This document shows positions 4,815 through 5,640 of a stretch of DNA of 5,640 bases, piece after piece (within the stretch, counting starts at the first letter, position 1; every line of letters begins with the position of its first letter). The position numbers and the translations under genes are program-made. The notes below the pieces were generated by a model. It did not search any database. It was not told the DNA's origin and saw only the letters and a list, made by a program, of their open reading frames with translations. Source of the DNA: an uncultured archaeon (GTDB lineage Archaea > Asgardarchaeota > Jordiarchaeia > Jordiarchaeales > Jordiarchaeaceae); NCBI GenBank assembly GCA_964510585.1, contig CAZECW010000068.1, positions 1-5,640 of the forward strand, given 5' to 3'.

Positions 4815-5640
4815 TCTTTTCTCCTCTATGTGTGCCAATATGGCTTCCGCTGCTCTTACCGGATCTTTTTCCAAATTGAGTTGAGCGCCCGTTATTTGTT
4901 TCAAGTCCTGTGTTAACAACTTGACCAGGTTCGGCCCCCCGGTTACCGTGGGCACTGGGTTAACGTAGGTGAATAGTCCCAAGGCCAAGGCAAATATTGC
5001 GTCAATGGTTGCTTTTTGCTCCATGTATTCTGGCGCAACAGCTGCAACAGGTAGGTCTGGTAAGGGTACTCCCCCAAGCGCATTTGAGACCGCAGCAAGT
5101 AGGTCGGCCAGACGCCCAGTATCGGTGCAGGTGCCATAGCTCAGAACTGGGGGAATCTTTAGCTTTTCACAAATACTTCTCAGGCCCGGCCCCGCAAAAT
5201 CTTTAGCTTCTAATGTGCAGAGACCAGCTACCTGCATGGCTGCGTTTCCGCAACCCATGGATAAAACCAGAACATCACGCTTAATCAATTCCTTGGCCAC
5301 GTTCACACTGTGTACGTCCTGACCATAATCCCTGAGAGTGGTGCATGAAACAAGCCCTACAACCCCTCTTAATGTTCCATTTTTTATTGCTTCGAGAAGT
5401 GGGTCAAGAGTTCCTCCCAAGGCTCCAGAATGCTTTCTGTGGAGAATCCAACTAAAACTTCTTTCATGGGTAGGTTGGTTACTGGTTCGATGGTGGCTCT
5501 GCGTTCCTTGAAGTTGTCTATAGCCATTTGCAGTAGCTGTGCGGCCTGTTGCTCAGCTTTTTCGGGATCATAGTTTACCCTTTCTTTTACGCCCTCGAAG
5601 GCCACCAGTTCACTTACTGGTACCAGTTTGAACTTATACC
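4797..5640 (-). pseudogene. cooS: Anaerobic Ni-carbon monoxide dehydrogenase catalytic subunit, 3' part (about 280 aa visible), frameshifted at about 5423 (real lesion or sequence error); 5' part outside the window
   Basis: The upstream frame is open to the window edge (YKFKLVPVSELVAFEGVKERVNYDPEKAE...GFSTESILE). The downstream frame reads LGGTLDPLLEAIKNGTLRGVVGLVSCTT...LSMGCG...KIPPVLSYGTCTD...PEYMEQKA. Adding one G (GAG GCC TTG) restores the CooS-typical GFSxExILEALGG. Three C-cluster Cys motifs and the catalytic Lys motif are visible. Confidence 0.88.

Noticed and set aside
4394-5206. ORFs 4394-4600(+), 4943-5137(-) and 4997-5206(+)
   Set aside because: Shadows or alternate frames of the cupin and cooS genes.
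5384-5605. 73-aa ORF and 207-aa ORF as two separate genes, or a programmed -1 ribosomal frameshift
   Set aside because: They are consecutive parts of one CooS, and the upstream frame is open to the window edge. The junction has no X-XXY-YYZ slippery site.
1-5640. CRISPR array, tRNA or rRNA
   Set aside because: No regularly spaced repeats, cloverleaf or rRNA-like sequence was seen.

Overview
The window most likely comes from an anaerobic archaeon (inference from GGTGA/GGGGTG Shine-Dalgarno motifs, BRE/TATA-like boxes, oligo-T terminators and gene content). From left to right it holds: (1) the right end of an IS200/IS605 (tnpB-type) element at 1-139, with the GAAT guide, subterminal hairpin, TCAA cleavage tetramer and an omegaRNA-like fold including a predicted pseudoknot; (2) a minus-strand membrane-protein gene that runs into this IS end and takes its last codons and stop from it; (3) an orphan minus-strand ORF; (4) a Cys-rich 2x[4Fe-4S] protein on the plus strand; and then, all on the minus strand, (5) an enoyl-CoA hydratase, (6) a standalone V4R/MetOD1-like Cys-containing protein, (7) a cupin and (8) the 3' part of an anaerobic Ni-CO dehydrogenase gene (cooS) broken by a single-base deletion at about 5423. 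No rRNA, tRNA or CRISPR array was seen. All family assignments come from motif recognition by eye; no database searches were run.
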